Of a stretch of 64,000 nucleotides of DNA, positions 1 through 9,445 are shown in pieces. Every line of letters begins with the position of its first letter. Position 1 is the stretch's first letter. The stretch lies in the NCBI GenBank assembly GCA_000146465.1, contig CP001952.1. One strand, written 5' to 3'. Position numbers and translations under genes: made by a program. The notes beneath the pieces were generated by a model. It had not been told where the DNA came from and did no database searches. It was given only the letters and a program-made list of their open reading frames with translations.

Positions 1-310
1 CATTTCCTTCGATGAGTCTCCTCAGGCGCTCGACTGCTCCGATACTTACACACATATCCACCTCCATGGCCAGTCTGATGCAAGGATCCGAGAGTTCTAA
101 AGACGTCACGGTTTCAATAGTAGTATAAAAAGTCTTTTTGGAGCCTGTAGACAGATAATAAAGGAGCATATATGCCTTTATAAGAGCGCTGTTGTCTGTA
201 GAAGGGCTACAGGAAAGATAGGGCCCAAAATACATCTCTACCATTTCCGGATCCCCCTTCTTTATCCCAGTTAGACAGAGTGATTCTACTTCATTCAATT
301 GTTTATTCAT
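1..310 (-). CDS. 5' part of an unidentified protein-coding gene (N-terminus MNKQLNEVESLCLTGIKKGDPEMVEMYFGPYL...). The ORF runs off the window start.
   Basis: ATG (revcomp of cat at 308-310) opens a frame with no stop down to position 1. Not in the ORF track because it has no stop inside the window. Function unknown. Confidence 0.35.
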   Translation of the reverse strand, partial: MNKQLNEVESLCLTGIKKGDPEMVEMYFGPYLSCSPSTDNSALIKAYMLLYYLSTGSKKTFYTTIETVTSLELSDPCIRLAMEVDMCVSIGAVERLRRLIEGN

Positions 311-428
311 CCAAAAGCCCTCCTTATGAATTTTATTTCAAATAAAGCTAAATAGGATTTTAAGAGGCTTCTTTTAGATGATTCGAAGTAGTTCGGGCCC
401 ACAAAACCCTTGGTATTCCGCTGTGGTA

Positions 429-501
429 GTGACATTGGCGCAATAGGTAGCGCGCTGGTCTCATAATCCAGAGGTTGCGAGTTCGAGTCTCGCATGTCGC
501 A
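429..501 (+). tRNA. tRNA-Met, anticodon CAT, elongator type
   Basis: Manual cloverleaf: acceptor GTGACAT/ATGTCGC with discriminator A, D-stem GCGC/GCGC, anticodon stem CTGGT/TCCAG, loop CTCATAA (CAU anticodon), T-stem GCGAG/CTCGC with T-loop TTCGAGT. G1-C72 argues against an initiator. No CCA is encoded. Confidence 0.8.
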
Positions 502-542
502 TTTTAAACTTGCAAGCAGCTTTATACTTTATTAGCTTGGTC

Positions 543-1226
543 TTATGCAGTTCGGAATGTATTTCCTTCTCTACCTATAAATCTCTTTCTCAGGAGAAGA
601 TCAACAAATATGTTTATCTTTTCTCTTGGGATTGTAGAAATCTCATTGTAAATCTCCTCCAACGTGATTGGGGCCCTCGAGATAATCTCGTACACTAGAA
701 AAAGACCCTCTTCGTTCCTGAACAATGGAGGAAGCATGCCAGGATTAAACGGAAATATGTTATCAGATGACTCTGTCTCTTCGTAGGACTCAAAGGCTTT
801 TTCTTCTACTATTTTGACAAAGCTTGATGATTCGTTTTCAGCGTTACTTGTGTGGAACCTTGCCGAAAGATCTCCGAGAAACGTCTTGTTTAACATCTCC
901 GACGAGGTACTGTCAACAAATGGATTTCTTGGAGATGAAAGCTTCATCGATATTGGACTTCCTTCGGTAACACATATGTTTTGGAAGCTGGGCTCTTCCA
1001 CCAATCTTGGCTCATTTTCTGTGGTTAGTAACTCGCTTTCTTCGCTTTCGGATGATTCAACTGAAAAAAACCTTATCCATGGACTTAGGCCTTCGCTTAT
1101 TTTTCGGTTGTTCTTACCTATGCTTTCAATAGACCCTCGTATGTTTCTCAATGTTCTGTTGATGGAAGAAAACGTATTGTCTATCTCTTCTATTGTGCGG
1201 ATTATTTCCTCTTCAATCTCAATCAT
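543..1226 (-). CDS. hypothetical protein (227 aa) with an acidic S/E-rich middle and a possible winged-helix-like C-terminus
   Basis: ATG-initiated ORF filling the gap between the tRNA and the Sel1 gene. The opposite-strand ORF 814..1254 looks like antisense noise. No recognisable family. Confidence 0.5.
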   Translation of the reverse strand: MIEIEEEIIRTIEEIDNTFSSINRTLRNIRGSIESIGKNNRKISEGLSPWIRFFSVESSESEESELLTTENEPRLVEEPSFQNICVTEGSPISMKLSSPRNPFVDSTSSEMLNKTFLGDLSARFHTSNAENESSSFVKIVEEKAFESYEETESSDNIFPFNPGMLPPLFRNEEGLFLVYEIISRAPITLEEIYNEISTIPREKINIFVDLLLRKRFIGREGNTFRTA

Positions 1227-1456
1227 CAGGGTGGAATTGCAGAAAGGAAATTAGAATCGAATCAAGCATAACAAAGGCCTGGCCCGATTAACAAATAATG
1301 TCTTGTGTTTCAAAAAAAAGTGAGTTTTTATAGATGGCAAGCTCCAAACTGTTTTGCTGCTTTCCAATAGTTCCTTTTAATTGAGGATAATAAGTGCTAC
1401 AAGCTTCACTCTTCTAGGATTTTATACACAAATGCTTTTGTTAGTAATTCCTGTAG

Positions 1457-3223
1457 ATGGATACGCTTCACTCGTTCTTTGGGAAAAAGATGTCGCGAGA
1501 AGCCGACAGAGTACTTTTAGGAGTGGGAAGAAAAAGAGACGAGAAGCTCGGGCTGAAGATGCACATGGAAAACTCGGCAAGAGATGTGAATTCCCTTGCA
1601 ATTTCTGCATTCTGCCATGAATTTGGAATAGGAACGGCTGTAGATATGAAGAAAGCTGAAATGAGATACAGCAAGGCGGCATTGAGCGACAATGGTCTCG
1701 CATTGATCAGACTAGCATTTATAAGGTGGTTTGGAAGACCTACAGCGACAATAGACAGGGAAGAGGCCAAAAAGATCCTTGACAAACTAAAACGCCTAGG
1801 TAGAAAGAGTGTGGAATGGCTCTTTTATGCAAATAAGTATGGAAATCCCTATGCCAAGTATTGTTTGGGTGTGTGCTACCAAGAGGGTTATGGTGTTCCA
1901 ATAGACCCATTGTTGGCTGTAAAGTATTACAGCGAAGGAGCTTATGAGGCGAACATTTGCTCAATAGGAATACTCGGATATTGTTTTCTAAAGGGCTTTG
2001 GAGTGGAAAGAAATGAGGAAATAGCCGTTGAGCTGTTCAGATATGCATCCGAAAAGAAAGACTCAACAGCCCTATATAACATAGGATTCTGTTATGAAGA
2101 AGGAAAGGGTGTGGTGAGAAATCTTGTTAAGGCCTTTGAGATGTATAGACTGTCGGCGAAGATGGAGAATTCATATGCTCAAAATGCACTAGGAAATTGT
2201 TATGAGGAAGGTAAAGGTGTTAACAAAGATCTTCACAAGGCTTTTGAGTTTTATAAAAAAAGTGCCTTACAAGGATACCCATCTGGCCAGTGCAACTTAG
2301 CATTCTGCTATCAAAAAGGAATTGGAATAAAAAAGGATTTGCAGAAAGCCTTCGAGTGGTATAAGAGAGCTGCAGCTCAAGGGCTCAGTAGAGCGAAACA
2401 TAACATCGGATATTGTTATCAGAATGGGCTGGGAACTCCTCCATGTATGTCCAAGGCTGTCCACTGGTATAAAGAATCTGCATCTGAAAATAACAAATAT
2501 TCAATACATGCACTAGGAGTCTGCTACCAACATGGGTATGGAGTGCCCAAGGACGAGAGATTGGCTGTGAGATACTTTGGAGAAGGTGCTAAGATGGGTT
2601 TTGATGAAGCAATTATAAGCCTTGCGCTATGTTACAGGTCTGGAACTGGAGTCCGGGTATCTCCGGAGAAGTCCTTTGGGCTTATAAAGAGGGCTGCGAA
2701 GATGAACAATTCTTCAGCTCAGAATACCTTGGGATATTATTATGAAGAGGGATACGGAACACCTAAAAATATAAAGGAAGCCATCAAGTGGTATGGAATG
2801 AGTGCTAAACAAGACAATTCGTGGGCATTGTTCAACTTAAGCAACTTATATTTTAATAGGAGTCGCTCTTCTACAGATAAAGAGGTTGGAATGCGGCTTC
2901 TGATTAAGTCAAGAGACTTGGGAAATCCCAAGGCAATGGACACCTTAGGATATTACTTTGAAAAAGGTATTGGGGTCGAAAAGAATCCAATGCTCGCTTT
3001 CGAGCATTACAATCAAGCACTACAGGGCGGATACTTGAAAGCCGGATATAACCTTGGAAGATGCTATGAGAGCGGTATTGGAACAGAAATTGATTTGGAC
3101 AAGGCTTTGTATTATTTCTACAAGGCATCGTCCGCCGGAGAAGAAACCTCCCTACAAAAGCTCAAAAAGATATTGTCTTCCTTGGTCGAGCCAAATCATA
3201 TGCTCATTCCTCCTTACGCCTGA
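1457..3223 (+). CDS. Sel1-like repeat (SLR/TPR-like) protein, 588 aa
   Basis: About 14 tandem ~36-aa repeats with the Sel1 signature (G.G...D...A..WY.KAA.QG), e.g. AFEWYKRAAAQG, AIKWYGMSAKQD, ALYYFYKASSAG. Skt5/Hrd3-like architecture. Confidence 0.8.
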   Translation: MDTLHSFFGKKMSREADRVLLGVGRKRDEKLGLKMHMENSARDVNSLAISAFCHEFGIGTAVDMKKAEMRYSKAALSDNGLALIRLAFIRWFGRPTATIDREEAKKILDKLKRLGRKSVEWLFYANKYGNPYAKYCLGVCYQEGYGVPIDPLLAVKYYSEGAYEANICSIGILGYCFLKGFGVERNEEIAVELFRYASEKKDSTALYNIGFCYEEGKGVVRNLVKAFEMYRLSAKMENSYAQNALGNCYEEGKGVNKDLHKAFEFYKKSALQGYPSGQCNLAFCYQKGIGIKKDLQKAFEWYKRAAAQGLSRAKHNIGYCYQNGLGTPPCMSKAVHWYKESASENNKYSIHALGVCYQHGYGVPKDERLAVRYFGEGAKMGFDEAIISLALCYRSGTGVRVSPEKSFGLIKRAAKMNNSSAQNTLGYYYEEGYGTPKNIKEAIKWYGMSAKQDNSWALFNLSNLYFNRSRSSTDKEVGMRLLIKSRDLGNPKAMDTLGYYFEKGIGVEKNPMLAFEHYNQALQGGYLKAGYNLGRCYESGIGTEIDLDKALYYFYKASSAGEETSLQKLKKILSSLVEPNHMLIPPYA

Positions 3224-3235
3224 CCAAAGACAGAT

Positions 3236-3655
3236 TCACTTGAATTTGTTTTTATAGTTATGCCAGAAATTGATCCTATTTTTGAGCCTGTTTGGGATGA
3301 ACTTAGGATCTCCTCCTTTTGCATAGTCAACGTATATTAGATTTCCCCCGATACTGTGGTACTTCCCAGGGACATCATCTATATTTGCATTCTCCTCGAC
3401 TGACACAAAAGCATACCTTTTAAATACCTTTATATCTCTTATTGGGAATCTTTCACAAAAGGCCTCTTTCAGTGCTTCTTTTGCCGTCGCCCCAGCTATA
3501 AACAGCTCATTCTTCTTTCCTCGGGATTTCAGATGCTTTATGAACTTCGATATTCCCTCTACTCTTGGCAACTGCTTTTTCCTCCCCTGGGAGACAAAAG
3601 GTACTAAGGGTGATAGATGTTTGTCAAATGGTGCTTGTCTAATTAGATCCTTCAT
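3236..3655 (-). CDS. RRM-domain protein (Nop15/NIFK-like?), 139 aa
   Basis: RNP2-like ELFIAG and RNP1-like KRYAFVSV. The track start at 3670 is TTG. The first ATG (3653-3655) is followed by a GGG motif on the + strand. Confidence 0.55.
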   Translation of the reverse strand: MKDLIRQAPFDKHLSPLVPFVSQGRKKQLPRVEGISKFIKHLKSRGKKNELFIAGATAKEALKEAFCERFPIRDIKVFKRYAFVSVEENANIDDVPGKYHSIGGNLIYVDYAKGGDPKFIPNRLKNRINFWHNYKNKFK

Positions 3656-3706
3656 CTTGTGCAGATTCAAGGGTTTTTTATTTGTGGGGAGAAATCGTCT
3701 GAGACT

Positions 3707-6700
3707 CTAGAAGGCAATGTTGTTTGTAATCTTTTGGTACTGGTCATACATCCAAGTTCTAAACTTCTGAGATGATTCCGCTATTAAAGACTGGACAAAT
3801 CTTCTTGCATTTTTGTCTGATAATTCAAGCCTGAATCTTAGAGCAAAATTCTCTACTGCGTTTTTCTTATAGCAAGGAAGCCTGCTATTGGAAAACGAAT
3901 CCACCATCATAACAAGGTCCTTGCTGTGCCTTCTCAAAGCCAAAAATCCCTTGACCATTAACTCTTGATAGATTTCAAAGCCCTTTCCAGATATTCCTCC
4001 AAGAAGCTCCTCGATCTCCTTTGTTAGCTTCAGAGGAGCTTCTATGTTGAGATTTCCTGGAGACATCTCCAATATATATCCAAAGTCAATGTGGATCATT
4101 CGGCCTTTGTCGTCAATCATTATATTTCCGTTATGTCTGTCTTTGATGTTAAGGAAGTAAACAACTAATGAATATCCGGCCAAGCTAGAAGCAAAGTTGC
4201 AAATGGCTGTAAGATACCCCTCACTTTCCTTGAAGCCGAATTTGTATTCAAAGTATTCTGATAGATTGTTGATGTTCTCTTTTCCTATCTGATCCCTTGA
4301 TTTTGAATTTGGAATCACCTCTATAATTCCCGTTCCCGGAGACGTAGCTATGACTCTGTATGGATAGAGAAATATGTCTAGATTTGCCTGCTTGAATATC
4401 GACTCAAACATAGAGATTATTTGAAGAGCTAGCATGTCCTGTCTACAATCATCTCCGGATTTGAATATTAGTTGTTTGATGTTTATCTGCCCGCCTGGAT
4501 CTTGAACCCTAAAGGATGCCATGAAGGGAACCTTGGCATGACTCTGAAGAGCTCTTGCAGACCCTCCCATGATTTCGACAATCTTGAGCTCAGGATAAAA
4601 TGGAATATAAACCCCTGGAGACAGCTTTATCTTTGAAAGATGTTCATTTATGCGTCTTCTCTTTTCATCCTTTGACGATCTGAGATGGGGAATAAGTTCT
4701 GATGAGATTTTGGTAAGGCTACTAATAAATTCTTCTTCCTTAAGCAGAATGTCTCGTTCTTCTTCTGTCATTTCCCCCATGATTTCTTCCATGCATCGTG
4801 TAAATATGTCGTGGCAGTCATCTCTCTCTGTTCTATCTGATCCATATAAGTTTGCTTTCAAGTTCCAAATCAGCTGATGGGCGACGTATTCATCCTTGGC
4901 CAGATCCTTCAATGTGGCAAGTGCCATCTCAGACACTTTTTTATGTCTTATCATTTGAACAAGCTGAGGAACATAGAAAAGCATCTCACCTCTAAAGTCC
5001 TTAAGCCTCTCAAAGGCTTTGGATACCAGAGACGGATCATCTATCCTTCTGATTATTGTGAGGCAGTCAATAATTCCAAGAGATTCCATGTTAAAGAAGT
5101 ATGATCTGTAGGATGGAGTGGAGGATCTTTCAAGTAGCTTTTGAACTATCTTTTGCTTAAATGTGTTCTGTATGTGTATAAGATCTGCTATATCGAATTT
5201 GGAGATTAGCTGGGTCCTCTCTGGGAACGAAAGATCGTCATTACAGGAGAAGTTTGAGACTGCAAAATAAAGTGCCCTGAAAAAGAATCTGTAAAACCCA
5301 TTTGTCTCCATAGATAGTTTATAGCATATAGCAGGATCAGTCTTGAAGTCCAGTCCTCTGTGCAGTGCATGCTTCAGGAATTCTTCGGAGTCGTTTTCCC
5401 TAATCGATAGGATGTTGTAGGCCTTCAGAAGAATGTAAAGATCCTCATATTCAAACATATTTCTAAGTCTAAGCTTTAGAAGATCCAGAACTATTCTTAT
5501 TATCGAGCTCTGGCTTCTTCTTGTGTATATCACATCAATAAGCCATGAAACAGATTTCTCTCTCTTTCTAATGCCTTCATCCAGCATTTCTATCTGTCCA
5601 TTCCGGGAGACCGAGTGCATGGGTGATGAGCTGTGTAACGAAATACTTCCCATCGAACTCTCCAGACTTACAACACTGTCATTGGTTCCCGTATGAATTA
5701 TATTATACATATCGTGCGATTTTTCTTCTTTAGAATTTAGTCCCTCTTCTTTTCCTCTAATTCCATATTTTCTCCTGTTTTCTTTCCATTGAATACTGGA
5801 CATAAATGATTTGGAGGACGTTTCTTCGGTGTTCTCTGCGCTATTCCATCCATGGTCTACCATGAAGATGTCTGGAAACTCTTCTACAACTCCCATTCTG
5901 GATAATGTGTGATTGTATAGGTCATTGAAAGATTTAAAATGGCCTTTGGGAAGCTCTCCGTCAAAAAAAGAAATATCCGCTAAGCAAAGAACAACGTAAT
6001 TGTAGAAGTTTGGTGCACATCTAATCTTCTCCAGCATTTGCCTGTATAATCTGCGGTATGAGTCGGTAACTTCTTCACTCAAAAATCTCTTACTTGTAAG
6101 AAGAACGAAAAGTTTCTGGAACCTTTGATGGATTTCTTTCATGAATATGATCTTTTCTTCTTTCTCGAAAATCTTTCTCAAGATAATCTCAATCATCATT
6201 AACGTTGTTTCAATTGTTTTCGGCTCTAGCGCGATGTTCAAAAGAGCATTTACATACGAAAATGTGAATTCATGGGATTTGTTTATGTATCCATTGTGGA
6301 TAAGCTCTATCACACTGATCAAGCCATCTCGGGCCATTCGAATTCCGTCTTCATCTTGTATATACTCTAGTATTCCTGTATAGTTCGAGTTGTATAGCTT
6401 TCTGGACTCACAGTAGTACACAATCCCTAGAAACACAAGCATCCGTGGCTCAACATTTCTAAGGTTCAGGCCTGCTGCTAATTGGTGTAAGTATTTTACA
6501 TTGTAGTAGATGCTTGAGGATATTCCAACTAGAGCCGGAGTCTTGAGAAGAAACAGGTCTACTTGCTCAATTGCTTCGTTTTCAAAAAGAAAGGAGTATA
6601 TCTCATACAAAACATAAAGCACTTCCCGCTTTGATGGAATGTACGGAACAAGAGGAAGAACACCAATCAGTTCTCTGTTCTTTGTGCTCAGGAAAAACTT

Positions 6701-7969
6701 AAGGAACTCCGAAACAAGCTTATCTACATGGGCCTTGCTATACCTCTTCTCTTGGGCCTTCTTGAACAGGATAGAGTAAAATTCCTTCATAAACCCAAAG
6801 TTAGATATCTCGTGCAGACTGTGTAGAGGAAAGTCAACTTCGTTGATAAGGATGAAGTTTGAATACAGTTCAATGGTTTCTGGATACTTCACAATGAACT
6901 TTAAAAAGATACTGTTGAAGTCCCCCATATCCTTATTTATCCTGAGCTTAGATAGGAAGCTCAAGAAGTTCCATATCATTAAGTCTGTGTTCTTTGACTC
7001 GGAGTCTCGAAGACTATGGAAAATCTTTCGGAATGTATCGGCTATACTTTTGGTCTTTTCAATTTTTCCGTCTTGCTCAACCGCTTCAATTAAAGTTCCA
7101 ATAAACTTATTTTTATAACTTGCATCCAGGTATGTAAAACAATTGGATGTAAACACCAAATATAGCAAGTCGTAAAGTGCACCATCCTCGTACAGACATA
7201 TATTTGCCATCTGGATATGTATTCTAAACATGTTTTTTCCTGAAATAGGGAGGTCTTCAATAATCGGAAACACCTCATTCACTCTTTTTGCCACCTGCCC
7301 AGTTACCAAGGCATCAATAGCCAGTGAAGCCTTGAATACAAAAGTCATATCATCCTCCAGGTCCTTTATCTCTCCAAGAAAAACAAAAGTCTTGTAAAAG
7401 TATTCCTTAGCGAAAGCAAATATGTTTTTTTTCTCTATCTTTCTTTTTTTCTCGATCTTATCTTCCATCACCATTACAATAAGCCTTAGCGATAAAAGTA
7501 AGAAATCCAACTTTATATTTACTATGTCTTCTTTCAGACTCCACGAAGCAATCTCATAAAGAAGACCACTGGTCATTTTCCCACATAATTTTTCAATAAA
7601 CATCTCATATTTGCTTGCCGGCTGTTCTCCTTGCTCAATCTTCCATATTGAGGCTTCAATAAAAGCATTTATAACCCCAGTCGAAGAAAGAGTCTCAGGC
7701 TCTACGATACTTATGTCTGCCATGATTTCTTTACTTACATACTCATTATCCAACATTCTGAGAAACATCACTATATACATTTCATAGAGCTTACTGCTGT
7801 ATTCCAAGCATGTACTAGAGTTCTTTAAAATTGCATATGCATTCAATCCAAATCCCTCTTCATATGCTTCCATCTCAGATAACTTCTTGATATCCTCAAG
7901 AGTCGTTTCTCTAACAAGAGGTATGTAAATATCTTCCGAGCTCCCTTTTATTATCACCTCTATCTTCAT
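3707..7969 (-). CDS. STT4: phosphatidylinositol 4-kinase alpha (Stt4-type), 1420 aa
   Basis: C-terminal PI3/4-kinase catalytic domain with the PI4K-diagnostic GDDCRQDMLALQII, plus DRH (IKDRHNGNIMID) and DFG (HIDFGY). The long helical N-terminus is typical of Stt4. Confidence 0.85.
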   Translation of the reverse strand: MKIEVIIKGSSEDIYIPLVRETTLEDIKKLSEMEAYEEGFGLNAYAILKNSSTCLEYSSKLYEMYIVMFLRMLDNEYVSKEIMADISIVEPETLSSTGVINAFIEASIWKIEQGEQPASKYEMFIEKLCGKMTSGLLYEIASWSLKEDIVNIKLDFLLLSLRLIVMVMEDKIEKKRKIEKKNIFAFAKEYFYKTFVFLGEIKDLEDDMTFVFKASLAIDALVTGQVAKRVNEVFPIIEDLPISGKNMFRIHIQMANICLYEDGALYDLLYLVFTSNCFTYLDASYKNKFIGTLIEAVEQDGKIEKTKSIADTFRKIFHSLRDSESKNTDLMIWNFLSFLSKLRINKDMGDFNSIFLKFIVKYPETIELYSNFILINEVDFPLHSLHEISNFGFMKEFYSILFKKAQEKRYSKAHVDKLVSEFLKFFLSTKNRELIGVLPLVPYIPSKREVLYVLYEIYSFLFENEAIEQVDLFLLKTPALVGISSSIYYNVKYLHQLAAGLNLRNVEPRMLVFLGIVYYCESRKLYNSNYTGILEYIQDEDGIRMARDGLISVIELIHNGYINKSHEFTFSYVNALLNIALEPKTIETTLMMIEIILRKIFEKEEKIIFMKEIHQRFQKLFVLLTSKRFLSEEVTDSYRRLYRQMLEKIRCAPNFYNYVVLCLADISFFDGELPKGHFKSFNDLYNHTLSRMGVVEEFPDIFMVDHGWNSAENTEETSSKSFMSSIQWKENRRKYGIRGKEEGLNSKEEKSHDMYNIIHTGTNDSVVSLESSMGSISLHSSSPMHSVSRNGQIEMLDEGIRKREKSVSWLIDVIYTRRSQSSIIRIVLDLLKLRLRNMFEYEDLYILLKAYNILSIRENDSEEFLKHALHRGLDFKTDPAICYKLSMETNGFYRFFFRALYFAVSNFSCNDDLSFPERTQLISKFDIADLIHIQNTFKQKIVQKLLERSSTPSYRSYFFNMESLGIIDCLTIIRRIDDPSLVSKAFERLKDFRGEMLFYVPQLVQMIRHKKVSEMALATLKDLAKDEYVAHQLIWNLKANLYGSDRTERDDCHDIFTRCMEEIMGEMTEEERDILLKEEEFISSLTKISSELIPHLRSSKDEKRRRINEHLSKIKLSPGVYIPFYPELKIVEIMGGSARALQSHAKVPFMASFRVQDPGGQINIKQLIFKSGDDCRQDMLALQIISMFESIFKQANLDIFLYPYRVIATSPGTGIIEVIPNSKSRDQIGKENINNLSEYFEYKFGFKESEGYLTAICNFASSLAGYSLVVYFLNIKDRHNGNIMIDDKGRMIHIDFGYILEMSPGNLNIEAPLKLTKEIEELLGGISGKGFEIYQELMVKGFLALRRHSKDLVMMVDSFSNSRLPCYKKNAVENFALRFRLELSDKNARRFVQSLIAESSQKFRTWMYDQYQKITNNIAF

Positions 7970-8137
7970 GCCAGGAATGTTTGTTGGGGTGTAAGGTATT
8001 TATGCTATATGATCTTAAGCCTAAGTCTAATCCCGTCATCCTTCTATAAGACCGATCCTATGGTTAATGTAGAGCTTATAAGGTAATAACAATCAAAGAA
8101 TGTGATTTATTTCCTTTCAAGTCCTGAAGTTCGACCT

Positions 8138-9337
8138 TTAATGCTCGTATTTAACATCTTCAAACCTATTGATCAGATCTTCTATCTTGTGTCTTCGGGT
8201 TTTTGACATTGTCATAAGATTTTCCTTTGTGATAATGCTGTCTATAGAGGCAAAAGGAGAAACATGTTTAGGTAACTCTTTTCCTACACAATAGTCCTCA
8301 GCAGAAAGTCTTCTTCTCTGGTTCAGACAATCAAACAGATACTGGGGCTGCACATATATTGTATTCTCCATAACTTCATCCACTCCTTCAGAGATGTGGA
8401 TGTCTGCCTTGCACGGGCTTTCCACCACATCTCCTCCACAACTTAAAGCAATGAGTCTTAAACTCCCTTCAATGGTTTTGCTTCCTATATAGAATTTTAC
8501 GTCTTGGAATATTCCCTTTCTGTTGTTATGGGACTCATACACCTTCTCTAGTTTGAAAAGAACCAACTTACAGTGCACCATAAGAAGAGGGACCGAATGA
8601 GACAAAAGAGAAATGTCTATCTTTCCAGGATCGTTGTAAATAATTTCCATCTCTTCAGACTCTGAATCTTCTTCCTCAGAAGACGATACAAAATCTAGGA
8701 AATTGGGTTCGCTCCACTCAAATTTACGGGGCAAATCTTTCTTCTCCTCCACTATGTCCTTCAACTCGGCACCTGGGTACGGAACAAACCAAACCACTCT
8801 TATCTTTCCTAGAGTTGTCTGGTTATAAACCCCTGCCTTGGACATATAGGAGCACTCAAGAAGAGACTTTCTTGCAATGAAATTCTCAAACATTCCAAGA
8901 GTTTCTGATATCCGATCGTCAAGACCCAGCATCCTCGCTAAATACAAATTACCAAGCGTATGATTTAGTTCATCAACTGCTTCTCCCAATCCTTTACATC
9001 TGCTTCTAATCAAATCTACATAGCCGTACTCCTCGTGACGGATATTTTCGATTTTGTATTCCAGTCCAGTTCCAAGATACTTTTTCTTTCTGTCCTCAAG
9101 CTTTCTATTCTTGATCAGTATCTTATAGACGTCGGAGTGGACAAGTTTATTAGCATCTGATATCCTGTAGTAGAATCCATCTCCCTGATCAACTTTCCTA
9201 TTGTTCTTCGGGATGTAGGGATGAACTTGGCACAATGCAACCAGCTTATCAAACTCCTTTTCCTGTAGATCTAGATTCTTCATGACCAATTCTTTTGAAA
9301 TGTATTTCTTTTGTGGCTTTATGTAATTGCTTCCCAT
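8138..9337 (-). CDS. NOP7: Pescadillo/Nop7 ribosome biogenesis protein
   Basis: The N-terminus YISKELVMKNLDLQEKEFDKLVALCQVHPYIP...FYYRISD matches the pescadillo N-domain. BRCT-like segment (IFQDVKFYIGS...GGDVV). Acidic stretch. Confidence 0.8.
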   Translation of the reverse strand: MGSNYIKPQKKYISKELVMKNLDLQEKEFDKLVALCQVHPYIPKNNRKVDQGDGFYYRISDANKLVHSDVYKILIKNRKLEDRKKKYLGTGLEYKIENIRHEEYGYVDLIRSRCKGLGEAVDELNHTLGNLYLARMLGLDDRISETLGMFENFIARKSLLECSYMSKAGVYNQTTLGKIRVVWFVPYPGAELKDIVEEKKDLPRKFEWSEPNFLDFVSSSEEEDSESEEMEIIYNDPGKIDISLLSHSVPLLMVHCKLVLFKLEKVYESHNNRKGIFQDVKFYIGSKTIEGSLRLIALSCGGDVVESPCKADIHISEGVDEVMENTIYVQPQYLFDCLNQRRRLSAEDYCVGKELPKHVSPFASIDSIITKENLMTMSKTRRHKIEDLINRFEDVKYEH

Positions 9338-9445
9338 TGAGGGAGGTAGTTTTTACTCCATCAGAAGAACAGTGGAATAATATTTCTTAGGCCGTTTCTA
9401 ATGGAAGTTCCATGGCCAATAAAATAGCAGGATCAAGCCCTAGGG

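Noticed and set aside
307-495. 62-aa minus-strand ORF covering the tRNA-Met locus
   Set aside because: Overlaps a well-formed tRNA cloverleaf and is in a different frame from the real partial gene at 1..310. Spurious.
814-1254. 146-aa plus-strand ORF overlapping the 227-aa minus-strand gene
   Set aside because: Antisense shadow ORF. S/L-rich low-complexity translation typical of the reverse frame of a real gene. The minus-strand ORF fills the spacer cleanly.
3656-3670. N-terminal extensions in the ORF track starting with M at non-ATG codons
   Set aside because: On inspection the extended codon is TTG or GTG at 3670, 15714, 16658/17662, 17666, 19128, 30554, 35658, 38376, ~39415, 56610 and 25654. 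The first in-frame ATG typically carries the CCC/GGG motif, so I used it.
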